Of a DNA stretch of 64,000 nucleotides, positions 1-13,959 are shown piece after piece. Numbering within the stretch: position 1 is the first letter of the stretch; each line of letters opens with the position of its first letter. The notes beneath the pieces are model-generated. The model saw only the letters and a program-made list of their open reading frames with translations. It did not search any database and was not told where the DNA came from. The position numbers and the translations under genes are program-made. Source of the stretch: Octopus vulgaris (taxonomy: Eukaryota); assembly GCA_951406725.2 (NCBI GenBank), contig OX597830.1, positions 60,202,001 to 60,266,000 on the forward strand. Reading direction: 5' to 3'.

Positions 1-30
1 AGCAGATTTGGTAGAAACTGAAAGTCCGTC

Positions 31-117
<87 letters not shown>

Positions 118-273
118 CTGTGTATATGTGTGTGTCGCTTGACAACCGAGACCGATATAATAAGTACTAGGCTTACAAAGAATAAGTCCTGGCGTCAATT
201 CGTTCGACTAGAGGCGGTGCTCCAGCATGGCCGCAGTCAAATAAATGACTGAAACAAACAAAAGAATAAAAGA
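1..273 (+). mobile_element. SINE family A (tRNA-headed, internal TA/TG microsatellite), body and 3' tail, cut by window start
   Basis: gatttggtagaaactgaaag... and tail aggcggtgctccagcatggccgcagtcaaat...gactgaaacaa match the reverse complement of the full copy at 62664-63070. Confidence 0.8.
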
Positions 274-1283
274 ACAAGAGCACTCAGAGAACGCAAACTT
301 CTGCCAAGGCAACACCAACGCCCTCTCAACGATTAGTCAGAATTGATTTTTAAAATGTGAATATCTGAGATAAACTCGACTGCTCTCACAAACGAGAATA
401 CTAAAAGTGAACCCGACCACTCTCAAAAGTTACGTAAAAGAAACCGAAAAAATAATCCAGAATCCTTGTCCGGTACCTGGTCGATCCCAATGGTAGTCAT
501 GGAATGTGAAGGTGGGTATGCGGGCCATGTTTGTAACGCTGTGTGTGTGACGTCTGCAATGGGAACAGGGACAGTTTTCTCTATGTAGGCCGTTTTTAGT
601 CTATCCAGATATTGTGTCTTTACGACCATTAAGCTGAAGAATTTATCCGTGTGTGAAAGAAAACGGAAAGGACCTACATTGTGCACGGAAACGTAAGTCC
701 AAGAATTAAAACTTCCTTCAAGGCAGAGCTAGACATGCAATTGTCAAGTAGGTAAGAGATTTTAAACAGGAGCAATATTCTCAAAATTGGTAAAACTAAA
801 AATTGTCGAGGATAAACTAAATTTATTATTGTTACTGAATAAATTAGTGTCATTTAATTTCTGAGCGGTTTCGCTGCCGTTTGTTTATGTTATCTGATTT
901 CTTTATCGCTCGGTTTCTACTAAGATAGAGCCGCGAGTAAAATTAAGAATAGAGAAACGAAAATAAAACTTTGGAAACAGTAAAGCCGCCATAACTTACG
1001 TGGAAACCATAAGCGTGCTTTCAAGGGAGATAATCAGAGAAAGACTTGAAAGAACATAAGACTGTTATACTTCATGTAAAGTAAATATAACAAATAATCC
1101 AGAATCCTTGTCCGGTACCGGATTGATCCCAAAATCTAATTAGCTATTGCTAGTCACGAGGTCAAACATCCTTGACAGTTTCATCCGAGTCCATCCAGCA
1201 GTTCTTGAGATATCTTGTCCACGAACCAACAAACAACCACAACTGAAAACATTACCTCCGCCTTAGTGAAGGCGGAGGTAATA
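274..1283 (+). mobile_element. Helentron/HINE-like non-autonomous element with ~600 bp internal insert
   Basis: Starts acaagagcactcagag...aacttctgccaagg (subterminal IR). Ends in perfect hairpin ttacctccgcctt-agtg-aaggcggaggtaa (1252-1281). 41-bp direct repeat at 450-490/1092-1132 flanks the insert. Confidence 0.6.
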
Positions 1284-1299
1284 AAAGTATATATATTAT

Positions 1300-1338
<39 letters not shown>

Positions 1339-1984
1339 TGTTAAACAGAACGTCAAATGTATAGATCAGTTGCTTCGGAAATCTGCAATGGCTCCATAAC
1401 TACCGTCTCGTCTATAACCTTGGAACCCCAGTAATCCGATACAGCACTTACCTAGCGTACCTAATCGTTTAGATCACCTGTGAACTAAACCTCCATATTT
1501 TATGCATACTTTGCATATCGCTCTCTTTGTGGGTGACCCATTATGCCCCACCAAGTTTTGAAATTTCAAAATTTTAAAGTAGTTCAAATATGTTTATGTA
1601 TGTATGAAAGAAGCATTCAAAATTGTCTCCCAATCCATCAGAAGTGCTTATCAGAATCAGGAACTGCTTTTTGAGATTGTAAATCTATGTTAACTGTTGG
1701 TTTTTTTTTTGACAGTGTTTTCAAAATTTTGGCAAAATTGACCCATTATGTTCCACCCCAGCATACTAGAGAATACACAAACACACGTAATAATATGCAG
1801 TAGTAGATACTGATGAAAACAAAGGATATTTATACATTTTCAGAATTAGATTTAGTATCCATCGTTATGTTTGATATAAAGACATGTGCCAGAAAAGGGA
1901 TTCGAATGGTGTATTTGCTGACATCTGGTTCCTTGCATCATTGATCATTCACGGGTCAAAATTCATTTTCAGTATCTTACTACC

Positions 1985-2182
1985 TCTTTTATCTTTTACC
2001 CGTTTCAGTCATTAGACTGCGGCCAGGCTGGGGCACCATCTTGAAGGGTTTTAGTCAAACGAATCGACCACTGTATTTCTTCTTTTTTAAGCCTGGTACT
2101 TATTCTGTCGGTCTCTCGAGCCGAACCACTAAGTTATAGTGGCATAAATACTCCAACACCGGTTGCCAAGCAGTGGTGGGGA

Positions 2183-2280
<98 letters not shown>

Positions 2281-2461
2281 ACACACACACACACACATAA
2301 ACACACGCCAGCAACTGTTCATCTTTAACCCTCCTTTACTTCGATCAATATCTGGTGTCTCCTAAAGTCCTTGATTTGCCCAAGATGCCACGCAGTGGGA
2401 CTGAACCCAGAACCATGTGGTTGGAAAGCAAATTTCTTACCAGACAGCCACGCCAGCACCT
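1985..2461 (-). mobile_element. SINE family A, rearranged
   Basis: Tail tttcagtcattagactgcggcc and head cccaagatgccacgcagtgggactgaacc...cagccac; mid-body replaced by a copy of flanking DNA. Confidence 0.75.
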
Positions 2462-4087
2462 GATCATCTTTAACCCTCCTTTACTTCGATCAATATCTGG
2501 TGTCTCCTAAAGTACTTGATTTGTAGTTCTTGTCGGTCAGTTGGCAGCCCACGTATCTCATCTCAAGCTCAGACAATTTCCCGAACTCGGTTTATGGACA
2601 CACAATAACTTCGTCACCATGGTGTTAAAGGAGTTGTTTTATTTTCATGGCAGTATTTTCGATACCCGGTCTTGCAATTTGTTTTCCTAGCAGCTAGACC
2701 ATCAGTAGATTTACGTTTCACTTGAATGGGGAAGCCAGATTTCACACCCAGAATGATTATTCAAACCTGCTTTCATACTAGATACCCTGAATCGGAACTT
2801 CGAATGATATTTTGCGTTCATTGTTTCAATGAATGACTTGAAATGATTATTTAGGGATTGTACAAAGAAATGTGGTATGGAACAATTTCTCAGATAAGTT
2901 AATTGTATGAAAATAAAATAAAATAAAATACATCCCTAGATTAAAATATCCGTGGTTGTCGTAACCATATGATATATTTTGCTCTCACCCACCCGTTTTA
3001 AGATGCAGATGTTGTTGAGTGATAGATAACCTTGTAGAATGAGGCTTCGACGTTTCATTGGATGTTGGAAGTGACGTCACAGTACGAGTAGGATGAGGCC
3101 AAAGGGTAAAGGATGGCAGATAAAGATCTTTTAGATTTGGAGGAGAAACAGGAAACAATAAATAAATAAATCGAGTGAAAAATGAAAAATAAACAATAGG
3201 AATAACTGAATACAGTTAGTGAGAGGGGGGGGACCCAGAAAGGAAATATGTTGTTAGGCCTAAATGCGAAAATACATATGTATTACTTTATGCACATATG
3301 TTTACTTGGTTTATGCGCATATTATCTACATAGAGTAAATATGCATACATATACTTATAATACATACATATAATTACATTTATATACATACACATGCACA
3401 CACTCATATATATATATATATATGTACATATATATATATATACACATATATATATATATATATACGCACATGTCTATACACTTTCATACAGACACACACA
3501 CATGTATGTATATGTATGTATGCGTACATGCATGTCTATGAATATATATACATATGCATATGGATATATGTATATGAGTATTTTTATGTATATCAGAGTC
3601 TATGTACGCACAAATGTAATGTGTGTGGGGGGATAGTTTGTCCGTATCTGTATCTCTACCAGACAAAAGGGCCACAGATTCAGTGTAGGAGTAGTATTTG
3701 CAGAAGTTTGACAATTATACAATCTCCAACTCATCCCAACCCCTGTAAGTTTAAGGAATTGAAACTCTTACGAAATCATTCTTGACTATGTAATAATGCT
3801 GTTTTAGCAGATTTACGAATACACATACATATGCACATATGCGCATATTTCTATACTGTCGCCTACATATATATATATACTGACAGACATCTACACATGT
3901 TTATATACATTTATACAAAGCAACGAAGAGTAAAATGAGAAAGAGGGAGAGACAGAAAGACAAATATATGAGCATATATGATGCAATCGTACTCTGAAAT
4001 ATTCATGGCGTTGCCAGGAACCGATTTTAAAGTTGCTCAGAAGCACGAAAAGTGGTAAAAGTTATTTTGTGTATATGAGTGTGAAGA

Positions 4088-4285
4088 TATGGCCGAGTGG
4101 TTAACAAAGTCGTTTTCACATTCATGAATCTTCAGGTTCGATTTGGGTAAATGTCTTTTATCAAAGTGTGCCATCCTGGCCAAGTGTCTTTCACCAAAGC
4201 TCTAACTTGACCAAAGTTCTAAACATTCTGTAGGACTGTGTCTCAGCTTTGGTCGCAGCCATATGACTGAAACAAAAAAAAACAA
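4088..4285 (+). mobile_element. Degenerate SINE family A-like relic
   Basis: tggccgagtggtt (A-box-like), ggttcga (B-box-like), ggccaagtgtctt and tail atgactgaaacaa. Confidence 0.4.
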
Positions 4286-4511
4286 AAAACTAAAAGGTAA
4301 AAGATATTAGCTGCTTCTTAACCAATTAAGCTTGTTGAAGAAATGCCAAGGTCATCAGCTAGGCGGACACAGGCGAGCAAAATCAATGTCACCTACGTTT
4401 TTTTTTTGTTTTTGTTTTTAACAATGATCTGAAGCTGTACCTTGGTAGCATTTGTGGTTTCAAGAGAATATATATCCAAGAACTGGTGAGAATATTCATA
4501 AGATATAGCAC

Positions 4512-4928
4512 GGATCTTTTCGGTTTGAACGGCAATTTTTCTAAAATAATTTCCATGTAACTAAACACTTTTAAACCTCGTATACTGGTAGAATGTGTTT
4601 ATAAAACATCTTTTTCTCTTGACTTTCTTGAGAAAATTCTATAGTTTGTAAGATATTTGTTGTTTTTTTCTTCAATTTCTGCAATTTCAATCAATCAATG
4701 ACGTCTATTGAGTTGAAAACATTCTGTGCCGTATGAATATGTACCTCGTTTAAGAAACAGATTGGGTTTATTTACATTTCTGAAGAAAAAAAGATACCCT
4801 TCTCCCCACCCCTAACCATAACCCTAAAACAGATTGAGATGCAATAGGTCGATACTAGGGTCATAATTATGGGTGACAATTTCATATGACACCGCTAGAA
4901 AAAACTGCCGTTCAAACCGAAAAGATTC
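4512..4928. mobile_element. MITE with GG-start TIRs and 8-bp TSD (Merlin-like)
   Basis: TIR ggatcttttcggtttgaacggcaatttt / aaaactgccgttcaaaccgaaaagattc; perfect TSD tatagcac at 4504-4511 and 4929-4936. Confidence 0.8.
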
Positions 4929-4961
4929 TATAGCACACACACACACACACACGCACACACG

Positions 4962-5006
<45 letters not shown>

Positions 5007-5098
5007 TCACTCACAATATACACATGAGTCGTACTGTTGTATACTTAGAACACAACCATATGTTCATATATGCAAACACCTAACGTTATACGAGTTGT

Positions 5099-5149
<51 letters not shown>

Positions 5150-5637
5150 CCTTTAACTTGTAGTCATCCATCCGCTTAATTTAGTCGAAATACTAGTAAG
5201 CAAAACAGTTATGGCATAGGTAAAATTTGAACTCGTAACAACTACGACATTTATATATATAACTATAAAAAATGATTATTCGGGCATAAAATTAAGTTGT
5301 TTTTTCTTTTTTGTGCTATTTTTATTATTTAAATTTTAATCATTGTTTAATTGTCATTTTCTATTACGTTGACAGCAGAACGAATCTCTCTGTGATGTCA
5401 GCGCGACTGGCACGGCGGGAATTATAAAGCTCATAGGTCAATGATTAAAAAACATGACAGACTGCGCGATTGCTCGAGACTTTGCCAATTTCGGAAGCGA
5501 TCAATTGACGCATGCGCACTAATCTGTATTTTTGGCACCAAAAGTACACCTACACTAAATTGCCCGAATCTTCCAGAAGCTTTAGTCGTGTATTTGTGTT
5601 TTTATAAGGGTGTAGGAAATAAACATGAATACACACG

Positions 5638-5669
<32 letters not shown>

Positions 5670-5750
5670 CACACTCACACACACACACACACACACATTT
5701 ATGTACTCAAGTGTGTTTGCATATGTGTACATGTATAAATGCATTATGGA

Positions 5751-5794
<44 letters not shown>

Positions 5795-6338
5795 GATGCA
5801 TACATGTATGTATGTTATATGTTTTGTTATGTGTGTGTATGTGTGTGTATTCTTTAAAAACCGTCAAAATTGCAAGCTTGGCAAACGGCCATCGAAAATT
5901 CCATTCTGTTCTTACAAAGCACTGAACTATGTAAATGTGTTTCTATTTGTGCTCATGTGGTTGTATGTTTGTGCGTATACGCGTGTGTACGTGTACGTGT
6001 GTGCATGCTTGTGTGTATGTGTCTGTGAGTATGTGTGTGTATGTGTGTGTCTGTTTGCTTGAGTGCGCGCGTATGTTGAGGCGGGCGCGATCTTGCGAGC
6101 ATTTGTGTGCGATTGAATGTGTAAGTAGTAGAAACGGTTGAACCGGTCCTCGCTTTCACGCATGCCCGTCTGTACATTTAGATTTGCATCACTGTAAAAG
6201 CAACATGCATTAGAGCATCTTCATTACAGCATGTGCATATATTGGCACACTCTTAAGTTCTCCTTCTCTCTTTCCTTGCATACATACACACACACATATA
6301 TACATACAAACATACATACATACATATCTATCTATCTA

Positions 6339-6377
<39 letters not shown>

Positions 6378-6642
6378 GTATATATATACATACACACACA
6401 TGTATGTAATATACTGAGAGAGAGAGAGAGAGAGAGAGGTAGAGAGAGATACATAGAGAGCAGAGATAGGGAGGAAAAGTGTCTTATCTAACTAAATTTT
6501 TGCTTTCTGTCTCTCTGTCTCTCTATCCTTTACTTTTATCAGCCTAACATTATGTGTGAGTGAGTACGAATGTTTATATACGCACATACATATACATAAA
6601 TATATACATACGTACAGATATACATAGTGTTACATATATATA

Positions 6643-6946
<304 letters not shown>

Positions 6947-7039
6947 GGTGGCTGCTTTCTCGTATAGGAGCAAAGCCATTGCTAGAAAGAATCATTGAAA
7001 TGAATCACTGAGAAGGCAATATGAATCCTTTATATGACT

Positions 7040-8305
7040 CTTGAGCCCCGTCAAGGATTTGCACATTTATTTTTGCATAATGTGTTGGCTGACAGAAGGA
7101 ACCAATGCTACAGCATCAAGTCTTTTACCATGTCTTTTTAATCCTCCATCAGAACTGCACACTTTTCCACAGGTTGCACATGTTGTGTTGTCAACAATAG
7201 CTGTATCATAATTTACAAAGGTCGCTTTCATGGCTGACTAGACCTACATGATTTAAGCATTTCCGCCTACAAATCCCACTCGTAAAAATCAAAAGTCCAT
7301 TTTCTACTGGTTCATGTTTTCTAAATTTTCTCCTGATCTTCTCATCCTTCATTCTCTCTCTTTCAAACTTCGAGCAATTACTGCGCACTATTTTCCTCCA
7401 TCTATTTCGGTCTTGTGCTTCTCTCTCCCAATCAACATAGGAAATTCTTGTTTGTGTCAAAGCAGTTTTAAGGCAGACTTTGAACTTCATTTTGGGTTTA
7501 TGTGCTGGCTTTTTACTATCTTTCAGCTCACCCTACAAAAGTTGCTTAGGAAGTCTTTTGTTATTCATTCACACTAGATGTCCACCCCCAACTCAAACGA
7601 CTTTGCAGAATGATCGATTCTACACTCCTACTGCAACTTCTCTCAAGTACCTCTACATTACTGATTGCCATTTTCCAGTTTATCCCAGAAATTTCCCGAA
7701 GACAATGTTGATGAAATCGTTCTAAATGCGTCAAATGTTTACGATAAATAATTCACGTCTCACTTCCATAGAGCAATGATGACAGAATACGTGTTATGTA
7801 CCTAAACCTTAGTTCAGATAGATATGCTAAGACGTGGCCAGAGACTCTTGACAAGGTTGCTAAAGGCACCACTAGCTTTGCTGATTCTATATGAAATTTC
7901 ATTATCAAGACCTGCAGTGCTCAGAGTACTTCCTCAATACACAAAGTTGGTTACAACTTCTAACTTTTGTCCATATACAGGCACCAGAACAGCTTTCTTC
8001 AAGTTACTTGCAAGGTCCAATGCTGCACATGCTGTAGAAATCGCATTCATCATGCGTTGCATATCTTCCCGGGAATGCGCTAACAGGTCACAACCATTTG
8101 CGTACAAGAACTCAGTGATGTGAGATTGAAGAACTTTTGCTTTGGCACAAAGTCTTTTGAGGCTGAAAAGTTTTCTCGCTGTCCTATATCTTATATAGAC
8201 CCCTTCTGCACAATTTCCGAAGGCTATTTGAAAGATTATTGTAAAATATAGAGCAAACAAGGTAGGAGCAGGAATATCATCCTGTTTCACACCAATTTCT
8301 ACACG
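7040..8305 (-). mobile_element. RTE-clade LINE relic (RT plus C-terminal C2H2-like end), disrupted
   Basis: ORF 7934-8290 APTLFALYF...GVYIRYRTARKLFSLKRL...LLAHSREDMQ; ORF 7206-7490 WEREAQDRNRWR...CRRKC...GLVSH. Confidence 0.85.
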
Positions 8306-8599
8306 GCAGGTTCAATCTTAGACGAAAAGAAAGAAGGGAAAGGTCTGACAATAATTTTAGGCAGCCATTGAGTTCGTACAGTATTACATTACTTGGCATC
8401 TATCAAACAACTTCAACAAAAATTAATTCATTCACTAAATACTCAAAAACCGAAGAGAACAACACAGTGGAAGTTTTCTAGAAATATTCTCTCCTCGTAA
8501 ACCTTCCGTGCGATCCCATTCTTGAGAGACGTACCTCACTCAAGAGCTGTAAGATAAACATAAAGATTATGTATCGACATGTTTCCTTAAAAACTTGGG

Positions 8600-8925
8600 G
8601 GTGATCCTAATACTAACATGAAGTGTAGCCTCTCTTGGACACGTGATTGTTACATAACGTCACATATCGAAGGTTATGCTTCTGTAATCCAAGAGCAGGA
8701 GATAGCAACGCAATAACTAATGACAGTGAAACGTTTAAACCCCCAAGATGCGATGAAAATTGTCGATTATATCACATTACTGTACAAGATGTTATACATG
8801 TGATCGGCATCTACCCGAAAATGTCATTAAGGCACAACTATCCAATGAGTCATGATATTGTTGCTAAAACAACGTGCAATGCGATTCGTGGAAGTAACTG
8901 CCCTGGGATAAATATAGGGAATATC
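8600..8925 (+). mobile_element. R4/Dong-type LINE relic (CCHC knuckle region)
   Basis: NCRLYHITVQDVIHVIGIYPKMSLRHNYPMSHDIVAK, similar to the relic at 51995-52570. Confidence 0.6.
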
Positions 8926-9687
8926 TCTGTTGTTGTATACATACGCATCAGCTCAAGAAAGAGTGGAAGTTTCCCATCTAAACTTTCGACAACAGCGAAC
9001 ATAACGGGAAGATATACTTGTCTGACACACAAATGAAATACTATGTGGAGAAATATCTTCTGAAATAAGATAATTTACATTCCGTCTCCATACCTCCAGG
9101 TCATCCCGGAGAAGACCATCCACAACGATAAAGGTATGGCCTTTCATACATTGCTATTCAGTTTGTAGGTTCAAAGCAAACTTACAGTTAATAGTCTTTT
9201 CCTCTAATCTCCTACGGCAACAAAGCCTTTAACTGACCTCTCGTTCTTCGTGCTTTACCTGTAATTGTCTCGGCAGAACCCGTAAATTTTGGTTAGTCTG
9301 GTTCGTTAATTCACTGTTATTGAATTGTATGACGTTTTTCTTTTATCTGATGATAAATACTGGATGGAGACGCAAAAGAGACGGTATATGTTTTGTTGGG
9401 AAGGGAGGTAATTCATTTTGTTTGCGTGCTGTCCACTTTCACTTGAACTCTGTTACTCTTATTTGTTAGTGAATGGTAATTGTAGTCAATGCTACAAGAT
9501 ATTCAGTACCCCAAAATTGGGAACTTCAGTTCGAACTAGTCCTTTAGCAACTTAGTCGATTATAGATAACATCAAATCAGTCAAGTCGACTCATGTCATG
9601 ATCAGTCTTTTATTTAGTACGAAGTTCTCCTTAAATCTTGCCATGAGCTTTTTTTTGAGCTGAGTCTATTCTGCTTCACTGTCTCTT

Positions 9688-9747
<60 letters not shown>

Positions 9748-10675
9748 TCTCTTTCTTTCTCTTTTTGTTTGATCGTTGATTGTAAGTGGTTAACGCATTT
9801 TAACGTAATGCTGGCAATTCTGTCTCTGCATTATTATTTTCTGTTTTTTGCTTTGATTGTGAATCACGTTTTTAGCAATTTCTCAAAAGGAGAAGCTATC
9901 GAGCTGTTGACACATTTATTTGCTGCGATTTTGGGGAGTTGATTTTTGCCAAGTAGAGTAACATATACCTTCTCAACGGAAGTGGATTGCTCATACAGTT
10001 GCTTCTCTCGGAAATATAAGTAGTAGTAACGATATTCTACATACATACCAATAGCCCACCAGTCTCCTCATGTAATCTATTCTCTAGATTCTTTCTACAT
10101 ATGGTATAGGTTATGGTTCAGATGAAAGCCTACTGGAATTTCTCTTAATAAATGCGATAGTTGAACCCGGTTTCCTGTTTTTCTATGGCACATGAAGTAG
10201 GAATCCACGTGCTATCTATAGCTTAATTTTTATGTATACTGCTATTGTCTTCTCTAAACAGGTGCTAATTTGTATTTGACCAAAGAAGATAAACAGTTTT
10301 GTTTTCATTTTTAATTAGGCTTGTATTTATGGTAAATGTTTGTGGGGAAGTATTCATTACACGTACAGATGACTGGTACCCCTTTCTGGTCACGGACTTT
10401 GACACCGTATGAATATATGAATGTTTGTATGCGTGCATGCTTTCGCTTTCTGATTGCAGTTTCAAAGTTTGTTTTGACTGGCCACCTGCTCCGTGGCAAC
10501 ATTGTAAGAAATTATACAAAAGTAAGTTAAAGATGGGGGCAGGGATCCTGTTCTTTTCGTCATTACTTGCGCAACTGTTCACACTAATATATATATATAT
10601 ATATATATATATGCAAAATTAATAGGGGTCACAAAATTTAGGTTCAAATTGCTAACATGCCACTCATTTAATCTG

Positions 10676-10725
<50 letters not shown>

Positions 10726-10730
<5 letters not shown>

Positions 10731-11140
10731 ATAAGGATAATATCGATATTTAAATATCGATATTATCAAGTAGCATGGAAAAAAATACCGTACAAAGGTA
10801 ATTTTTTTACAACTAAAAATAAGGGTGTCTGAGAGACACCACCATGCCGAAATAGCGGTCAAAACCCTGACTTTCGTATATGTAAGTATAACGTTTGTTC
10901 TGCATATATATATCTGTATTTATGTACTTTTGATATATTCAACTGATGACGGTAAAGCTTATTTAAAGCAAAACCAGAAATCCTGGATCTTGAATTATTC
11001 AATAATATTTTTTGCTAGTCTATTTTGTCCCTCTGTCTTATCTCATGGTACGATATGAACATTTAACGTGGTTTTTAAAGTCAGGGTTTTGACTGCTATT
11101 TCGGCATGGTGGTGTCTCTCAGACACCCTTATTTTTAGTT
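10726..11140 (+). mobile_element. Fold-back cassette between (TA)n tracts: 32-bp palindrome, 64-bp inverted repeats, central hammerhead
   Basis: Perfect palindrome 10736-10767; IR 10811-10874 / 11077-11140 with one mismatch; TA repeats on both sides. Confidence 0.7.
10937..10995 (+). ncRNA. Type I hammerhead ribozyme
   Basis: AUUCAA-CUGAUGA-C-GGU..GCUU/AAGC..ACC-A-GAAA-UC(CUG)GA-UC^-UUGAAU: 6-bp stem I, canonical core, AUC cleavage triplet ending at 10989. Confidence 0.75.
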
Positions 11141-11168
11141 ATATATATATATATATATATATATTATA

Positions 11169-11533
11169 CTAGCACTATGACCCGGCAACGCTGAGTCATA
11201 GTGCTAGTGCATGCATATACAGCTGCGTGCGTGCGCACATACACGCGTGTACTGTCCAAATCTCTGACCAATCACATACAGCTAGCTAGCATTCAATTGG
11301 CGTATCAAGTTTCGGGCATTTTGATTGGGTTTTGGATAGAAAATTCACAAAAATGTCACTTCTATTGATTTTTTAAATGACTTTGCGGGGTGATTGGGGA
11401 AATGTAAAGATGTGCACGACCACTCTTGGACGGTTTTGAATGACCATAGAAAGTGCGAGCCCTCTAACTGAAAAATTGTGGATTTGTATAAAGGACACAC
11501 GCACAGACATTTTGCCGTATATATATATATAGA
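11169..11533 (-). mobile_element. Non-autonomous Helitron
   Basis: Minus strand starts TC(TATA)n and ends in hairpin actagcactatgac/gtcatagtgctagt with terminal CTAG|T. Confidence 0.7.
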
Positions 11534-11613
11534 GAGATATATACGTATATATGTTTGTATGTGTGTGTGTATGTGCGTATGTGCGTATGTGTTTGTGAGT
11601 TTGTGTGTGTAAG

Positions 11614-13058
11614 TACTTTGATATTTTTCTATACTCCTCATTTTAATGTTTTCATCATTTGGGACTGTCAAGGCAATTATCTGGCACTTTCTATTCTCTT
11701 TATCTACTTCTACTAAATCAGGCCTTCTAGCTTCTATTACTCTGTCAGTCTGAATGTTGAAGTCCCACAACATCTAATATTTCTTACTTTCTAGCACATT
11801 ACTAGGTTTCATGTTCATACCATTTATCAGTGTGTTCAAATCCTAGCTTTCTACATAACTCCCAGTGGATTACTCTTCCTAGGTAGTCATGTCTTTTCTT
11901 GTATTCTTTCTGTGCCAGCATTCACTTACTATATGAGTAACGCTTTACTCTTTTGATTTGCATAGCCTACATTGGGAATCTACTTGGTTTTTGTCTATCT
12001 TGGATTTTATCCAGTTAGTCCTAAGTGCTTGATCTTCGGCTCTCCCTTTTCAGCCTTTCTTTCTGCAACCATAACCACGGTTCACTACAACTAGTTGCTG
12101 CAACTATCTTTGGGAATCTACCATGCAAAGCCTTCTCTTGCTAGTCAGATAACTTCTGTTCTTTTTTCTGGCTTTTAACTTCGTTTGGGTTTTTGGTTTC
12201 CCCATATCTTGCTGTGACACTAGCAGCTTTTAGTAAACTTTCTTCATTATTACCCACATAGGAGTGGGTAATACTACTCTAGCTCACTCCATGCAGTCTT
12301 CTACTGACATTAGCCCTCTTCCACATTTCTTTCTAGATAAGTATAATCTTGCTAATCCTGCCTTTGGGTGGAGTTTTCCATTCATATTGAATTCTTTCCT
12401 AGTTCTTCTGTCTAGCTTTGCTAATTCAGTTTTTGTCCAATCTACAAAAGCTGCTGAGTATCTAAGTAATGAAACTACTAAATTATTTACAACCTTCACT
12501 ATATTCGGACTATTTCGGTTTGATTCCATTAGCTTCCTCACGCTTCTGATGTACTCCTTCTCAATTTTCGTTTTCGTTTCTATAGTTCTATAGTTTCATT
12601 TCTATAGTTCTAATCAGTCGGATTCTAATGCTCTTAGATACTTATAGCTCTCTCCTCCTTTCAATGATATTCATGTCTGGCCATCTTGTTATTGGATGCC
12701 TTCACTTTTAACCACCTGTCCCCTTCACATGACTAATATTGCACACTTATCTATGCCAAATTCCATGCCTATATCTTTGCTGAAGTGTCTTACAGTCTGT
12801 ATAAAGGAATCTATCTATTTTCATTCTTACTTCAAATCACCCATGTAGAGCAAATGATTAATTTTTTCCTTACTATTTCTGAACTGATGCCCTACCTTTG
12901 CCTTCCTTAATACAAAACTGATAGGGGGCAAATATAAAACATATATTAAAGGGAATAAGGAGTCCCCTTGGAAAATTCCTCTCTTGATATTAACTTTCCC
13001 TAATAATGTGTCACATGAGCAGAGATCAATCTATTTTTCATGCTAAAGCTAATTGATT
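11614..13058 (-). mobile_element. R4/Dong-type LINE relic (RT, CCHC, RLE), frameshifted
   Basis: GIFQGDS and INHLLYM RT motifs; LHPKAGLARLYLSRKKCGRGL; LWDFNIQTDRVIEARRPDLV; abuts (TAA)n. Confidence 0.9.
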
Positions 13059-13066
13059 ATCTATTA

Positions 13067-13158
<92 letters not shown>

Positions 13159-13160
13159 TA

Positions 13161-13633
13161 TTGAGTGCGAGTGCAGTGCATGCCATCAAAGTGACACTGG
13201 GGTAAAATATATGAAGCCCAGTATACCTCATCATGACTACCCTTCTGATAAGGGTACACCAGGTACATGCATCACAACAATATGTGCGAGACATGGTGAT
13301 CTCATATCAAGATAAACAGCGCATGGCCTTGCAGGTGGGGCCCAAGTTAGAATTTTCTTCTGGTCGAGTAGCCCATCCCGCTCAAAAGGTCTCTGAATAA
13401 GGATTGTTTAAGGATGATGAACGAACCACCCCTGTTTCCAAAGGGGAATTATCCAAACCTCCAAGAATTCCTTTCAACACACGGCTATGATGCTCCCCAA
13501 CTACTTCTGCTTGTGAACAGAGATGTACATATCGTCAGCCACTAAGGGACATGGTGAACTGGTTAAGGTGAAACAACTGACAAGCAAATCTGTGGTATTG
13601 AGCAGAATATTTGCTGTAGCCCGTCTCTTATAC
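13161..13633 (-). mobile_element. ~470-bp non-coding element embedded in (TAA)n (copy 1)
   Basis: Reverse complement of 30773-31224; (TTA)n on both sides. Confidence 0.75.
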
Positions 13634-13718
<85 letters not shown>

Positions 13719-13959
13719 TTTAAAAAAGGATTGACGTAACTCTTCACAAAGGTAAATAGTCAAGACGAAGAGCGAGATTCGATTGTAAGATATTTTGTAC
13801 CTGTCTAAGACTTGTCGGTGTCTATATCTAGCTAAGGAAATCTTCGCTTCTGTTTCGCTGTCAGTTTGGGGTGGGATACATACCCTTTTGCTGAAGGGTA
13901 GGTTTGTGGGGGTAGATCCTCGTCATGTCAAACGATCTGTTGTTGGGGTTATAGAAGAC

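Noticed and set aside
1535-1760. Direct repeat tgacccattatg..ccacc, possibly a DNA transposon end
   Set aside because: No matching inverted terminus or TSD found.
4809-4826. ccctaaccataaccctaa telomere-like motif
   Set aside because: Only about three degenerate units, internal to the MITE.
10822-10870. Second hammerhead-like string CUGAGAGA...GAAAUAGCGGUC in the IR arm
   Set aside because: Non-canonical core and no stem II; it folds better as a simple GGUGUCU/AGACACC hairpin.
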